A stretch of DNA of 64,000 nucleotides from Candidatus Magasanikbacteria bacterium RIFOXYC2_FULL_42_28 (GCA_001784435.1 MFQZ01000005.1:25015-89014), one strand, 5' to 3'. Positions 37,837-48,498 are shown, counted from the stretch's first letter. A program made the numbers and translations. Notes: generated from the sequence alone by a model not told the origin.

Positions 37837-38382
37837 ATGTCTTGGTATCATAAATTTTTAATATGGATCATCGCCCCCATCATTCTCGCCACTTTACAAA
37901 TTATTTGGCGCTGGTATTGGCCGGAACCGATTAACCACGCGCAAATAATTTTTGCCGGATTAACAATTTGGCTTTTGTACTCACCCACGAAAACTAACCT
38001 TTTTTGGATGATATTTTTGATATACTGGTTGCTTGACTTAGTATCAGCCCTGCCATTTGGCATAAATACCATTAGCGCGTTCTTAAGTTTTTTATTGCTT
38101 TATCGCTTGTCTACTCGAGTGTTTACCGGACACTCAATTTCAACCGCATTTTTATTAACCGCTATCGGCAGTGTCGCTTTTAGAATAATTTATCTTTTAA
38201 CGGCGCTACTCTGGGGATTTATTGACCTGACACAGATTGTCGGACAAAATAGTTCGCTAATGTCAATTATTTGGGAAATAACACTGACAGCAATCGTGGC
38301 GGTAATTATATTTTTGGCGTCAGTTTTTGGAACACGTCGTTTTAATCCGCGCTATATTTTAGTGGATAATATTAATAAATAA
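37837..38382 (+). CDS. mreD: Probable MreD (polytopic membrane protein following mreC)
   Basis: Five TM helices. Position in mreBCD-mrdA order. Confidence 0.5.
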   Translation: MSWYHKFLIWIIAPIILATLQIIWRWYWPEPINHAQIIFAGLTIWLLYSPTKTNLFWMIFLIYWLLDLVSALPFGINTISAFLSFLLLYRLSTRVFTGHSISTAFLLTAIGSVAFRIIYLLTALLWGFIDLTQIVGQNSSLMSIIWEITLTAIVAVIIFLASVFGTRRFNPRYILVDNINK

Positions 38383-38385
38383 AAT

Positions 38386-40350
38386 ATGGCGGATCTCTGG
38401 CGTAATATTAATGGGACTAGTGATGCTAATTTAACCGGAAAATACCGCCATAAATGGGTGGAGGAAAATTTTTTGCCACCCAATAAAGGCGCTGAAACAA
38501 TTTCAACTGGCACACGAAATTTTTTAGGGCGCGCCTTACCGGAAAGACGACTTAAAATTTTTGCCGGCATAATGATTTTGGGATTTCTAATCGTGATTGC
38601 AAAAACATCGTATTGGCAAATTTTTAACGGCGAAAAATATTTAGCGCTGTCTGAAAATAATCGCATTCGCATCAAACCTATTCCGGCCGAACGGGGCGTG
38701 ATAGTTGACAAATTTGGAAAACAACTTGTTCAAAATGTACCTAATTTTTCTTTAAATATCGTTCCCCAAGATGTGCCCCGCGAAGGGATAAAAAGGCGCG
38801 AAGTGGTAGAAAGCGTCGCTACTACTACCGGTTTATCTTATGAAGAAATCGAGGCCTTACTTTATAAATATCGTTTTCACCGCCTGGAATCAATTACTGT
38901 CAAAGACAATTTAGATTACAGCGCCGCTTTAAAACAATACATTAAAAATGCGGAATTGCCCGGGGTAAATATTGAGAGTGGTACTAGGCGCAACTATGAA
39001 TTCACTAATTTTGATAATCCAAACAAGGCCTTAAGCTTGTCCCATATTTTAGGGTATTTAGGTAAAATAAACGATGCCGAGTTGGAAAAACTAGGGGCGA
39101 ACGGTTATCTAATATCCGATAACATCGGACGCACCGGTTTGGAAAAAATTTATGAAAAAGAACTACGCGGAATTTATGGTAAGAAAAAAATTGAAGTGGA
39201 TGCTTACGGCCGAGAACAAAATATCGTTGCGCAGGAAGCACCCGTTCCCGGAAAAAATCTCTATTTGTCAATTGATTTAGAAGCGCAACAACAATTGGAA
39301 AAATTTATTTCCGCGGGCGCGACTAAAGAACACCCCCGTTTGGCCGCTGTCGCCTTAAATCCCCAAACCGGCGCGATTTTGGCAATGGTATCTTGGCCGG
39401 CGTATGACAACAATAAATTTGCCGGCGGTATTAGTCGCGATGATTACGCCACGTTATCAACTGACCCCGACCAACCGCTGTTTAATCGCGTTATTGCCGG
39501 CTCTTATCCATCGGGCTCTACTATTAAACCGGTAATGGTCGCGGCCGCGCTGGAAGAAGGAGTGATAACCAAAAATACCACCATTATGAGTGTGGGTGGA
39601 ATTTATGTGGGGGACAGATTTTTTAGGGACTGGCGCGTCGGCGGACACGGCGCCACTAACGCGCAGAAAGCGATCGCGCAATCTATTAATAGTTTTTTCT
39701 ACTATATTGGCGGTGGCTATCGCGATTTTGAAGGGCTGGGAGTAGAACGAATAGCGAAATATTTAAAAAAATTTGGACTGGGCGCGATAACCGGAATTGA
39801 TTTAACCGGAGAAGCGCCCGGGCTGGTACCCGATCCAACTTGGAAACAAGCGAATAAAAAGGAACAGTGGTATATTGGCGATACCTACAATCTATCAATT
39901 GGACAAGGTGATTTGCTCGTAACTCCGCTTCAAGTAGCCGTTTGGACAGCGGCCATTGCCAACGGAGGACGAGTGGTGCACCCGCATTTAGGAGAAAAAT
40001 TAGTCGATCCCGCCACCAACACGATAACTACATTAGGAAAAGAACCAACTGATCCGGTAATTTCCGCTCCGTCGGTTAATCTGGCCAAGCAAGGAATGGG
40101 GGAATGTGTAAAAACAGGTAGCTGTCACCTGTTAAGTTATTTGCCTTTTACTGCTGGTGGCAAAACCGGCACCGCTCAGTGGAGCGCGACCAAAAATACT
40201 CACGCCTGGTTTACGGCGTTTGCCCCTTATGAAAACCCGCAGGTGGTAATTACCGTCTTAATGGAGGAGGGCGGGGAGGGTGGCGTGGTGTCAATTCCAA
40301 TCGCGCGTGAATTTTTGGCCTGGTGGGGAAAAAAATATTTGACACAATAA
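38386..40350 (+). CDS. mrdA: Penicillin-binding protein 2 (elongasome transpeptidase)
   Basis: TM anchor, dimerisation domain and transpeptidase motifs SGSTIK (SxxK), SxN-like region and KTGTA. Confidence 0.85.
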   Translation: MADLWRNINGTSDANLTGKYRHKWVEENFLPPNKGAETISTGTRNFLGRALPERRLKIFAGIMILGFLIVIAKTSYWQIFNGEKYLALSENNRIRIKPIPAERGVIVDKFGKQLVQNVPNFSLNIVPQDVPREGIKRREVVESVATTTGLSYEEIEALLYKYRFHRLESITVKDNLDYSAALKQYIKNAELPGVNIESGTRRNYEFTNFDNPNKALSLSHILGYLGKINDAELEKLGANGYLISDNIGRTGLEKIYEKELRGIYGKKKIEVDAYGREQNIVAQEAPVPGKNLYLSIDLEAQQQLEKFISAGATKEHPRLAAVALNPQTGAILAMVSWPAYDNNKFAGGISRDDYATLSTDPDQPLFNRVIAGSYPSGSTIKPVMVAAALEEGVITKNTTIMSVGGIYVGDRFFRDWRVGGHGATNAQKAIAQSINSFFYYIGGGYRDFEGLGVERIAKYLKKFGLGAITGIDLTGEAPGLVPDPTWKQANKKEQWYIGDTYNLSIGQGDLLVTPLQVAVWTAAIANGGRVVHPHLGEKLVDPATNTITTLGKEPTDPVISAPSVNLAKQGMGECVKTGSCHLLSYLPFTAGGKTGTAQWSATKNTHAWFTAFAPYENPQVVITVLMEEGGEGGVVSIPIAREFLAWWGKKYLTQ

Positions 40351-40406
40351 AATATTACCGCTATAATTATTAGATTGAAAATTAGAAAAATTAAAAAACA
40401 TAATTT

Positions 40407-40877
40407 ATGATAGATGACCAACCAATCCACTACCTTACTCCCGCCAGTTTAGAGAATTTAAAAAAAGAAAAAGAAGAGGTCGAAAATATAAAAATTCCGG
40501 AGATTGCCAAACGCATTGACGAAGCCAAACAGCAGGGCGACTTATCGGAAAACGCCGAATATCACGCCGCGCGCGAAGAAATGTCCTGGGCGCAAGGACG
40601 TTTGGCCGAAATTGACCGAATTTTACAAAATTCCCAAATTTTTAACAAGTCAGCTAACAAAGATGAGGTTCAGCTCGGTTGTACGGTAGTTGTTAAAGTT
40701 AATGGTAAAGAAAAAGAATTTACGATTGTCGGACCCCAAGAGGTCAACCCGGCCAAAGGATACATTTCCAACGAGTCACCACTGGGAGAGGCCTTACTGG
40801 GGCATGCCAAGGGGGATAAAGTCACCATAACAACTCCAGCAGGCAAACAGGTGTATGAAATTGTGAAGATAAAATAA
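40407..40877 (+). CDS. greA: Transcription elongation factor GreA
   Basis: Coiled-coil N-terminus with DLSENAEYHAAREE and FKBP-like C-terminus. Confidence 0.85.
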   Translation: MIDDQPIHYLTPASLENLKKEKEEVENIKIPEIAKRIDEAKQQGDLSENAEYHAAREEMSWAQGRLAEIDRILQNSQIFNKSANKDEVQLGCTVVVKVNGKEKEFTIVGPQEVNPAKGYISNESPLGEALLGHAKGDKVTITTPAGKQVYEIVKIK

Positions 40878-40894
40878 ATAGCCAGACCAAAATA

Positions 40895-40925
40895 TCCCGA
40901 TTTAATCGTGATATTTTTTGTTTAA
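40895..40925 (+). terminator. Rho-independent terminator (ATATCCCGA-tttaa-TCGTGATAT + T6)
   Basis: Stem plus T-run. Sequence-related to the terminator at 32052. Confidence 0.65.
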
Positions 40926-40939
40926 TTAAATTTTGACGA

Positions 40940-40968
40940 TTTATTTGATTTAAGGTATAATATCTGGG
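40940..40968 (+). promoter_or_regulatory. Sigma70-like promoter TTGACG-17-TATAAT upstream of lysS
   Basis: Near-consensus hexamers with 17-nt spacer. Confidence 0.5.
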
Positions 40969-40994
40969 TCAATTTTCTTAAAAAATTAATTTTT

Positions 40995-42455
40995 ATGACG
41001 GAAAATTTAAACGAGGAAGCTGTGCGCTTAGAACACTTAAACGCCATTAAAACTGCCGGAACCAATCCCTATCCGGCCAAATCCGACCGCACCCACACCT
41101 TGGCGGTCGCACACGCGAGCGCCACTGATACCGCGGTAACAGTAGTCGGCCGAATTATGACTATGCGCACCATGGGCAAATTGTGTTTCGCTCATTTGCG
41201 TGATGATAGTGGAAAAATACAAATCGCGGTTTCGGAAAAAGAATTAGGCGCGGACAAATTTAAATTTTTTACCAAAAATTTGGAGATGGGGGATTTTGTG
41301 CAAACGGAAGGAACGATTTTTACCACACACAAAGGAGAAATTTCCGTGCTCGTAAAAAATTATACTGTTTTGGCCAAAACTCTTCTGCCATTGCCGGAAA
41401 AATTTCACGGGCTGTCTAATGTGGAAACACGCTATCGACAACGTTATTTAGATTTAATATCCAGTGACGAAGCGATGCGTATCGCCAAAGTCCGATCACT
41501 ACTGGTGCGCGAAATTCGTAATTATTTTGACGCTGAAGGATTTTTTGAGGTAGAAACGCCGATTTTACAAACACTTTATGGTGGCGCTTTGGCCAAGCCA
41601 TTTGTTACGCACCACAACGCGCTGGATATTCCTTTGTATTTGCGCATTGCACCGGAATTGTATTTAAAACGATTAATAGTTGGCGGTTTTGAAAAAGTTT
41701 ACGAAGTGGCACGCTGTTTTCGCAACGAAGGCATTGACCATAACCACAATCCGGAATTTACGCAAATTGAATTTTACTGGGCTTACGCCGATTACAATAA
41801 ATTAATGGATTTTGTGGAAAAGATGTTACCACATATTATTACGGCCGCCGATTTGCCTTTGAAATTTACGGCCGAAGGCCAAGAGGTTGATTTCACACCG
41901 CCATATCCGCGCGTTTCAATGCGAGAGTTAATAAAAAAATACGCAAAAATTGACATTGAAGATTATTCGGATCAAGCGAGTATGTTCGCGTTAGCGAAAA
42001 AATTAAATGTAGATGGTGTAGATCCGGGAACCGGACGCGGGAAATTGATTGATGAAATTTATAAAGCGTACGCTCGGACAAAAATTATTAATCCGATATT
42101 TATGATTGATCATCCGGTGGAATTATCACCTTTGGCCAAGAAAAAATCCGATGACCCGCGTTATGTGGAAAGATTTCAATTGCTGTGTGTAGGTGGTAAC
42201 GAATTGATGAACGCTTTTTCGGAATTAAACGACCCGATTGACCAAGAGGAACGACTTAAAGAACAAACGCGTTTGGCCGATGCCGGCGACGAGGAGTCAA
42301 TGCCCTATGATGAGGATTTTGTGACTGCTTTGAAACACGGGATGCCGCCGACGGCTGGCCTTGGTATGGGTATTGATCGGCTAGTCAAATTATTGGTTAA
42401 CGCCGATAATTTGAAAGAGGTGATTTTGTTTCCGACTTTGAAGCCGAAGGAGTAG
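40995..42455 (+). CDS. lysS: Lysyl-tRNA synthetase (class II)
   Basis: OB-fold N-terminus, class II motifs FRNEG and GMGIDRL. Confidence 0.9.
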   Translation: MTENLNEEAVRLEHLNAIKTAGTNPYPAKSDRTHTLAVAHASATDTAVTVVGRIMTMRTMGKLCFAHLRDDSGKIQIAVSEKELGADKFKFFTKNLEMGDFVQTEGTIFTTHKGEISVLVKNYTVLAKTLLPLPEKFHGLSNVETRYRQRYLDLISSDEAMRIAKVRSLLVREIRNYFDAEGFFEVETPILQTLYGGALAKPFVTHHNALDIPLYLRIAPELYLKRLIVGGFEKVYEVARCFRNEGIDHNHNPEFTQIEFYWAYADYNKLMDFVEKMLPHIITAADLPLKFTAEGQEVDFTPPYPRVSMRELIKKYAKIDIEDYSDQASMFALAKKLNVDGVDPGTGRGKLIDEIYKAYARTKIINPIFMIDHPVELSPLAKKKSDDPRYVERFQLLCVGGNELMNAFSELNDPIDQEERLKEQTRLADAGDEESMPYDEDFVTALKHGMPPTAGLGMGIDRLVKLLVNADNLKEVILFPTLKPKE

Positions 42456-42457
42456 TT

Positions 42458-42883
42458 ATGACAAAGGTAATGTTATTCGGCACCTTTGACATCCTGCACC
42501 CCGGACATGAATATGTCTTTAAGCAAGCGCGACGTTATGGTGACCATTTAACAGTGGTAATAGCACGCGACGCGACGGTTTTAAAAATAAAAAAACATTG
42601 TCCGGTAAATTCAGAAAAGGAGCGCGTTAAAAATTTAAAAAAGACCGGTTTGGTTAACAAAGTGGTTTTGGGAAATTTGGGCGATAAATTGGTGGTAGTA
42701 AAAAAAGCCAAACCAAACATAATTGTGCTCGGATACGACCAAAATAATTTTATTGACGAATTACGTGCCGAATTTCCCAAAATAAAAATCGTGCGTTTAA
42801 AATCTTATTACCCCAAAAAATACAAAAGTTCGCTAATGACGAATTATGAAAAAAATTCCGCTACTCATCGCCACCACCAATAA
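42458..42883 (+). CDS. HxGH nucleotidyltransferase (cytidylyl/adenylyltransferase family, RibL/FAD-synthase-like)
   Basis: GTFDILHPGH motif. 3' end overlaps the next gene in another frame. Confidence 0.55.
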   Translation: MTKVMLFGTFDILHPGHEYVFKQARRYGDHLTVVIARDATVLKIKKHCPVNSEKERVKNLKKTGLVNKVVLGNLGDKLVVVKKAKPNIIVLGYDQNNFIDELRAEFPKIKIVRLKSYYPKKYKSSLMTNYEKNSATHRHHQ

Positions 42884-43880
42884 ACACAAGGCCAAAGAAA
42901 TGCTAAGTTTCCTGGGCGATTTGCCGTTTAAATTTTTGACTTTAAATGATTTAAAAAATGTTCCCAAAGCCCCGGCTGAAGCCGGAAAAACATTAGAGGA
43001 AAACGCGATTTTAAAAGCACGCTATTACGGCGAAAAAACCGGACTGATCTGTTTGGCGAATGATACCGGGCTATTTATTAACGCTTTAAAGGGTTGGCCG
43101 GGTGTAATCAGCGCGCGCGTAGGCACCTCGGGAAAAGACCGAAGGGATAGGGTGCTAGCTAAAATGAAAAATACTAAAAACCGCCAAGCCGAATTTAGAG
43201 CTGTTTTGGCAATTTATGACCCCAATGCGGAAAGCTTGCATACTATGGGAGGTTCCACCAAGGGAAAAATAACGAAAGTACCGGGATTTGATAACGGCTT
43301 TGACTATGATATGATTTTTTCTGTATCAGAAAAAAATAAAATTTACTCTGAAATGACCGTAACGGAAAAAAATGCTGTTAGCCATCGTGGCAAAGCGTTA
43401 ATTAAAATTAAATATCTTTTGCAGAATATCTATTGCGCCAAACACATTGTAGTGCCGGTAGCAATTATAATAAAAAATGGTAAAATCTTAGTCACAAAGC
43501 GCAACGATCCTCACCGACCGGAATATCACGAAAGATGGGAATTCCCAGGCGGCTCAATGGAGATGGGCGAGACTATCGAAGAAAATTTAATCCGAGAAGC
43601 TAGCGAAGAAGCGGGTTATATAATTGAACCACTCGAACAATTAAAGCAGATCTACATAAAAGAGCAACGATACCCAACCTGGAGTTATCAGGTATATTTA
43701 ATACCGTATATTTGCTCAATATCTGGTGGGACTGGACGATATAACGATGCCGAAGTATTGGACGCGCGCTTCATAGAACCTGAAGAAATGGGAGAAATGA
43801 AATTTGTTGATAAAAATGAAGCAATGTTTAAAAAATTTTTACCAGAATTAAAACAATTGATTAAAAAATATCATTTATAG
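42846..43880 (+). CDS. Fusion protein: RdgB/Ham1 non-canonical purine NTP pyrophosphatase (N) + NUDIX hydrolase (C)
   Basis: N-terminal ATTNKHKAKE...NDTGLFINALKGWPGVISAR...VSHRGKAL (Ham1). C-terminal Nudix box GGSMEMGETIEENLIREASEEAGY. Confidence 0.75.
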   Translation: MKKIPLLIATTNKHKAKEMLSFLGDLPFKFLTLNDLKNVPKAPAEAGKTLEENAILKARYYGEKTGLICLANDTGLFINALKGWPGVISARVGTSGKDRRDRVLAKMKNTKNRQAEFRAVLAIYDPNAESLHTMGGSTKGKITKVPGFDNGFDYDMIFSVSEKNKIYSEMTVTEKNAVSHRGKALIKIKYLLQNIYCAKHIVVPVAIIIKNGKILVTKRNDPHRPEYHERWEFPGGSMEMGETIEENLIREASEEAGYIIEPLEQLKQIYIKEQRYPTWSYQVYLIPYICSISGGTGRYNDAEVLDARFIEPEEMGEMKFVDKNEAMFKKFLPELKQLIKKYHL

Positions 43881-43881
43881 T

Positions 43882-44301
43882 ATGACAGAAAAAAGAAAAT
43901 TCACACCAAAATCTGCAATAGCACTAGAGTCAGAAAATGAAATGACCCCAGAAGAATTGGCGGAACTTATAAAAGTTGAACTTATCCCCTTCTCAGATGA
44001 TGTCCATAGTGTAACAACCCAGAAAGAGGCTGCGGGAAGTTACATAGCATTCAATGGATTCAAATGGATGATTGATAAAAAAAATTACAATTTAAAAATT
44101 TGGCCTAGTAGTACGATACCACCTTTAGATCACGTGATGGTTGATCGTAAATTATATTTTGAGGGCACCTATGGAAATATATCTAGAAGTTCTGGCCTTG
44201 AATTTAGGCAGAGACAAAACTTCACAAGGACAGAGACTGCCGCAATTAAATTAGCACTGGAAAAATTTTTTGGGGTAGAAATTACTTACTTTATTAAATG
44301 A
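43882..44301 (+). CDS. Hypothetical protein
   Basis: ORF only, tightly packed between flanking genes. Confidence 0.4.
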   Translation: MTEKRKFTPKSAIALESENEMTPEELAELIKVELIPFSDDVHSVTTQKEAAGSYIAFNGFKWMIDKKNYNLKIWPSSTIPPLDHVMVDRKLYFEGTYGNISRSSGLEFRQRQNFTRTETAAIKLALEKFFGVEITYFIK

Positions 44302-44302
44302 T

Positions 44303-45556
44303 ATGTTAGACATAAAATTTATTCGCGAAAACGCGGAGTTAGTAAAAAATAACTGTTTAAAAAGACGAGTTAAAATAGATATTGACAAATTGCTTGCAAC
44401 AGATGAAGAACGTCGTTCAAATTTAAGAAGAGTAGAGGAATTACGTGCTTTACGCAATCAAAAATCCAAAGGCAAGCCAACCGAAGATGAAATTACCAAA
44501 ATGCGCACAATTGGAGATGAAATAAAAAGTTTAGAGAGCGAGTTGACGGAAATTGAAAATGAATATCATGCGCTTTTATTGGCCGTGCCAAACTTAACTA
44601 ACGAGGAGACACCAGTGGGGGGCGAAGAGGATTTTAAAGTCGTAAAAACCGTTGGTAAAATTCCCAAATTTGATTTTCCGGCTTTAAACCACGAAGAACT
44701 TTTGATTAAGAATGACCTGATTGATTTTGAACGCGGAACCAAAGTAGCAGGCGCGAAATTTTATTTTGTCAAAAATAATTTAGTACGGTTGAATCAGGCG
44801 CTTATAAATTATGGTATAGATGTCGTGACGGCTCACGGCTACACGCTCGTGGAAACGCCGGATTTGGCTAAAAATGAAATACTATCCGGTATTGGTTTTA
44901 ACCCGCGCGGTGAGGAAACCCAAGTGTATTCAATAGAAAATACCGATTTGAGTTTAATCGGCACAGCTGAAATAACCATGGGCGGGTATCATGCCAATGA
45001 GGTATTGGATTTATCAAAAGGCGCAAAAAAATATGTCGCTCTATCACATTGTTTCCGCACCGAAGCCGGTGCTTATGGCCGAGAGTCCAAAGGTTTATAC
45101 CGGGTCCACCAATTTGCAAAATTAGAAATGTTTATCTATTGCAAACCGGAAGAAAGCGAAAAATACCACGCCGAACTTTTGGAAATTGAAAAAGAAATTA
45201 TTGACGGCCTAGAATTGCCCTATCGCGTAATTGACATTGCCTCTAGTGATTTGGGTGGTCCGGCTTATCGCAAGTTTGATATTGAGGCCTGGATGACCAT
45301 GAAAGCGGGGGATGGTAAAACTGGCGACTATGGCGAAATTACCTCTACCAGTAATTGTACTGACTACCAAGCGCGCCGTTTAAATATAAAATACCGCAAA
45401 GAGGACGGTGGAACCGAGTATGTCCACACCTTAAACGGCACGGCAGTGGTGTTAAGCCGCTTCCCATTGGCAATTGTAGAAAATTACCAACAAGCCGACG
45501 GCACGATAGCAGTGCCAAAAATATTGCAAAAATATTGCGGATTAAAAAAACTTTAA
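44303..45556 (+). CDS. serS: Seryl-tRNA synthetase
   Basis: N-terminal coiled coil and class II core (FRTEAG, GTAVVLSR). Confidence 0.9.
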   Translation: MLDIKFIRENAELVKNNCLKRRVKIDIDKLLATDEERRSNLRRVEELRALRNQKSKGKPTEDEITKMRTIGDEIKSLESELTEIENEYHALLLAVPNLTNEETPVGGEEDFKVVKTVGKIPKFDFPALNHEELLIKNDLIDFERGTKVAGAKFYFVKNNLVRLNQALINYGIDVVTAHGYTLVETPDLAKNEILSGIGFNPRGEETQVYSIENTDLSLIGTAEITMGGYHANEVLDLSKGAKKYVALSHCFRTEAGAYGRESKGLYRVHQFAKLEMFIYCKPEESEKYHAELLEIEKEIIDGLELPYRVIDIASSDLGGPAYRKFDIEAWMTMKAGDGKTGDYGEITSTSNCTDYQARRLNIKYRKEDGGTEYVHTLNGTAVVLSRFPLAIVENYQQADGTIAVPKILQKYCGLKKL

Positions 45557-45559
45557 ATT

Positions 45560-46675
45560 ATGCACACTTGGGTAGAAGTTGATTCCAAAGCGATCAACTA
45601 CAATTTGGCGCAATTTAAAAAAAAAATTGGACCGGATAAATTACTGATGCCGGTTGTTAAAGCCAATGCTTATGGGCATGGCATAGTTGAAATTGCTAAA
45701 ATTTGCGATTCTAATAGGGGAGTGAACAGAATTTGTGTCGTGAATGACGACGAGGCATTTTTACTTGTAAAATCCAACATTAAAAAACCGATAATGATTT
45801 TAAGTTTTTATGATTGTAGTGATGAACACAAAATGTATTCACTGGCTAAAGCGGATGCAATATTCGCGGTTTATCGAGATGACCAAATTAAATTATTAAA
45901 TAAAGTAGGGGAGAAGGCTAATGTCAAAATCCGCGTTCATCTAAAAGTTGATTGCGGGACAGGGAGAATTGGGGTATTGCCAGTTGACGCTGTCAGAGTT
46001 GCCCAAAAAATTGTCGCACAGAAAAATTTACAATTGGAAGGGTTGTGGAGCCATTTTGCCAGCAGTGAAACAGATAAAATTTATACAAAAAAACAGCACG
46101 AAATTTTTCAAAAAACTGCTGCTCAAATTGAAAAAGCCGGAATTAAAATTCCAATTAAGCACATGGCCTGTTCGGCCTCGACCGTTCTATTCCCATTAAA
46201 CCAATACACCGCCGCGCGCGTAGGGTTGAGTACTTATGGTTTACATCCGAGCCAAAATACTAAGCCCAAAATTAACCTTAAACCGGCTTTATCTTGGCAC
46301 ACCCGCATAATTCAAGTCAAAACCCTCCCCAAGGGCTCTAAAATCAGCTACGGTGGCACTTACACGGCCAAAGCACCGATAACCTTGGCCGTACTGCCGG
46401 TAGGGTATTATGACGGTTATGACCGGAGTATGTCTAATGTCGCCGAAGTGCTTATTAAAGGCCAAAAATGCCCAATTCGTGGCCGAATTTGCATGAATTT
46501 ATGTATGGTAGATATTAGTAAAGTAAAAAATGTAAAAGTGGGAGATGTGGCAACATTAATTGGCACACAAGGCAAAAATAGCGTGTCAGCCGATCAGTTA
46601 GCCAAATGGGCAAATACTATTAACTACGAAATTGTAGACAGAATTAATCCGCTTATACCCAGAATTTATCGGTAA
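45560..46675 (+). CDS. alr: Alanine racemase
   Basis: PLP-lysine motif VVKANAYGHG. TIM-barrel plus beta C-terminal domain. Confidence 0.85.
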   Translation: MHTWVEVDSKAINYNLAQFKKKIGPDKLLMPVVKANAYGHGIVEIAKICDSNRGVNRICVVNDDEAFLLVKSNIKKPIMILSFYDCSDEHKMYSLAKADAIFAVYRDDQIKLLNKVGEKANVKIRVHLKVDCGTGRIGVLPVDAVRVAQKIVAQKNLQLEGLWSHFASSETDKIYTKKQHEIFQKTAAQIEKAGIKIPIKHMACSASTVLFPLNQYTAARVGLSTYGLHPSQNTKPKINLKPALSWHTRIIQVKTLPKGSKISYGGTYTAKAPITLAVLPVGYYDGYDRSMSNVAEVLIKGQKCPIRGRICMNLCMVDISKVKNVKVGDVATLIGTQGKNSVSADQLAKWANTINYEIVDRINPLIPRIYR

Positions 46676-46689
46676 CATACCAGGGAGGC

Positions 46690-47679
46690 ATGTCAAAATT
46701 TTTTTATTCGGAAAATAGCCACAAACAACATCAACCGCCAGACAGTTTTTGGCGGCGATTTTTAAAGTATCGCCAGAAAAAAAAAGCGCAAGCCGATCTA
46801 AACAACTACTCAAAATTAAGAAATCCATATCGTAAAGAACCAAAACAGCAGCGTAAATTTCATTTAGTGCCGATTGGGCTGGGCCTCTTATTTATCGTTT
46901 GGCTGGCAATTATGGTCTATTTGCCATTTTTCCAAATTTCAAAATTATCATTTACCGGACTCAAAACAATTAAACAGTCGAAAATTGAAAACACCGTATT
47001 GGCCGAACTTAATCAACGCCAATGGCTTCCTTCGGCTAACTATTTTTTGGTCTCCACAAATAAAATAACCTCAAAATTACAAGAAAATTTTCCTTTACAG
47101 TCAATTACCATTACCAAAATTTTTCCCAATGAATTAAAAATTGCGGTGGCAGAAAAAATTTCCAGCATTGTCTATGACAACAGTAAATATTATTACTTAT
47201 TGGACGAATCAGGGGCGGTAATGGAAATATTAGGGCCGGTCGGGGCAGGATCGTATATAAATCAACAGATGACCTCAACAACAGTCAGCTCAACGGCAAT
47301 TTCGACGACAACGGTGGCTATCCACCTACCGGAATATCAAAAAATAACAACTGACTTTGGCGCGTATCCAATTTTGTATGATTATACCGCGCCCGAAAAT
47401 ATCAATTTAAAACAAATTGTTTTAACCAAAGAAATCATCGCGACTACCATTGAAGCGAGTGAAGAACTCGAAAAACAGGGGATAGGGCATTTAAAGTATT
47501 TTGTCATGGAAAGCCAGACGGCCGGCCTAAAGGCCATCACTGACAAAAAATTCCAAGTTCTGTTAAGTTTCTTTAATCCGGTTAAAGATCAAATCGCAAA
47601 CGCCGCGACAATTTTACGGACAAACCGTCCGAACGAGTATGTTGATGTTCGTTTTGGCGAACGGGTGTTTTGGAAGTAG
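46690..47679 (+). CDS. FtsQ/DivIB-like cell-division protein (single TM + POTRA-like domain)
   Basis: Basic cytoplasmic N-terminus, one TM helix and a periplasmic beta-rich domain. Confidence 0.45.
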   Translation: MSKFFYSENSHKQHQPPDSFWRRFLKYRQKKKAQADLNNYSKLRNPYRKEPKQQRKFHLVPIGLGLLFIVWLAIMVYLPFFQISKLSFTGLKTIKQSKIENTVLAELNQRQWLPSANYFLVSTNKITSKLQENFPLQSITITKIFPNELKIAVAEKISSIVYDNSKYYYLLDESGAVMEILGPVGAGSYINQQMTSTTVSSTAISTTTVAIHLPEYQKITTDFGAYPILYDYTAPENINLKQIVLTKEIIATTIEASEELEKQGIGHLKYFVMESQTAGLKAITDKKFQVLLSFFNPVKDQIANAATILRTNRPNEYVDVRFGERVFWK

Positions 47680-47728
47680 GGGGTTGTGGATAAGTGGGGT
47701 TTGACATAATTTAAGTATTAATATATAA

Positions 47729-48493
47729 TTGAGTATAATAACTCTTACACTCAATTATAAATATCACATTATGCCCACAATTTCAAGATTAACCGCCGCC
47801 TCTATAATACTCCGCGAACCTGCTGAAAATTTGATATTTCAATTGCACAAAAATAAAGTGAGTCCAGAAAATATTGTTAATGAGATATACAAAAAAACTA
47901 AGATCCATATCAACCCGCGAACTATTCAAAAAATTCTCAAATTGCCAGTAACTGCCGGATCGCCAAACACTAATAATCAAAATTTGCTCTATAAAAAACC
48001 GATTGGCAAAGGCGAAGTCATATCGATAATACTTAATCAACCATTTAACGAATTACTAAAAAACCTATATATCTCGCAAAATATGACGGCGGCCGAAATA
48101 TCTGACGAGTTATTTAAAAAAACAAAAATACTAATTACAAATAGATCGATTGCTCGAAATTTAAAAAAACTGGGATTAATCAGGACACTAAGTGAAGCTT
48201 TTAATTTGGCAATTAAAACTGGGCGTAAATCCTACGTGCATCTACGAAGAACTAAGAAATCGATAGAACTACGCAAAGGTGTGCAGCTTAAAATGCGCTA
48301 TAACGTACTTCAAAGAGACAAATTTAGATGCGTATTATGCGGTAGAGACGCGAAAGATGATCGCCTTGAAATCGACCACATCGTCCCCGTCGTCGCCGGT
48401 GGTACGAATGACATAAAAAACCTTCGGACATTGTGCGCGGAATGTAATAAAGGCAAAATGTTGTTGGAGGAAAGACATATCATTGCACTATAA
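47729..48493 (+). CDS. HNH endonuclease with two N-terminal HTH-like repeats, atypical codon usage
   Basis: C-terminal CVLCGRD...EIDHIVPVVAGGTNDIKNLRTLCAECN HNH motif. Duplicated KKTKI(H/L)I(N/T)(P/N)R(T/S)I segments. Confidence 0.7.
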   Translation: MSIITLTLNYKYHIMPTISRLTAASIILREPAENLIFQLHKNKVSPENIVNEIYKKTKIHINPRTIQKILKLPVTAGSPNTNNQNLLYKKPIGKGEVISIILNQPFNELLKNLYISQNMTAAEISDELFKKTKILITNRSIARNLKKLGLIRTLSEAFNLAIKTGRKSYVHLRRTKKSIELRKGVQLKMRYNVLQRDKFRCVLCGRDAKDDRLEIDHIVPVVAGGTNDIKNLRTLCAECNKGKMLLEERHIIAL

Positions 48494-48498
48494 CTAAT

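Noticed and set aside
40261-40290. GGAGGAGGGCGGGGAGGGTGGCG in the mrdA 3' end as another family GC copy
   Set aside because: It has only partial resemblance and lacks the CTGCCCGAGG core. A Gly-rich C-terminus is plausible for the native PBP2.
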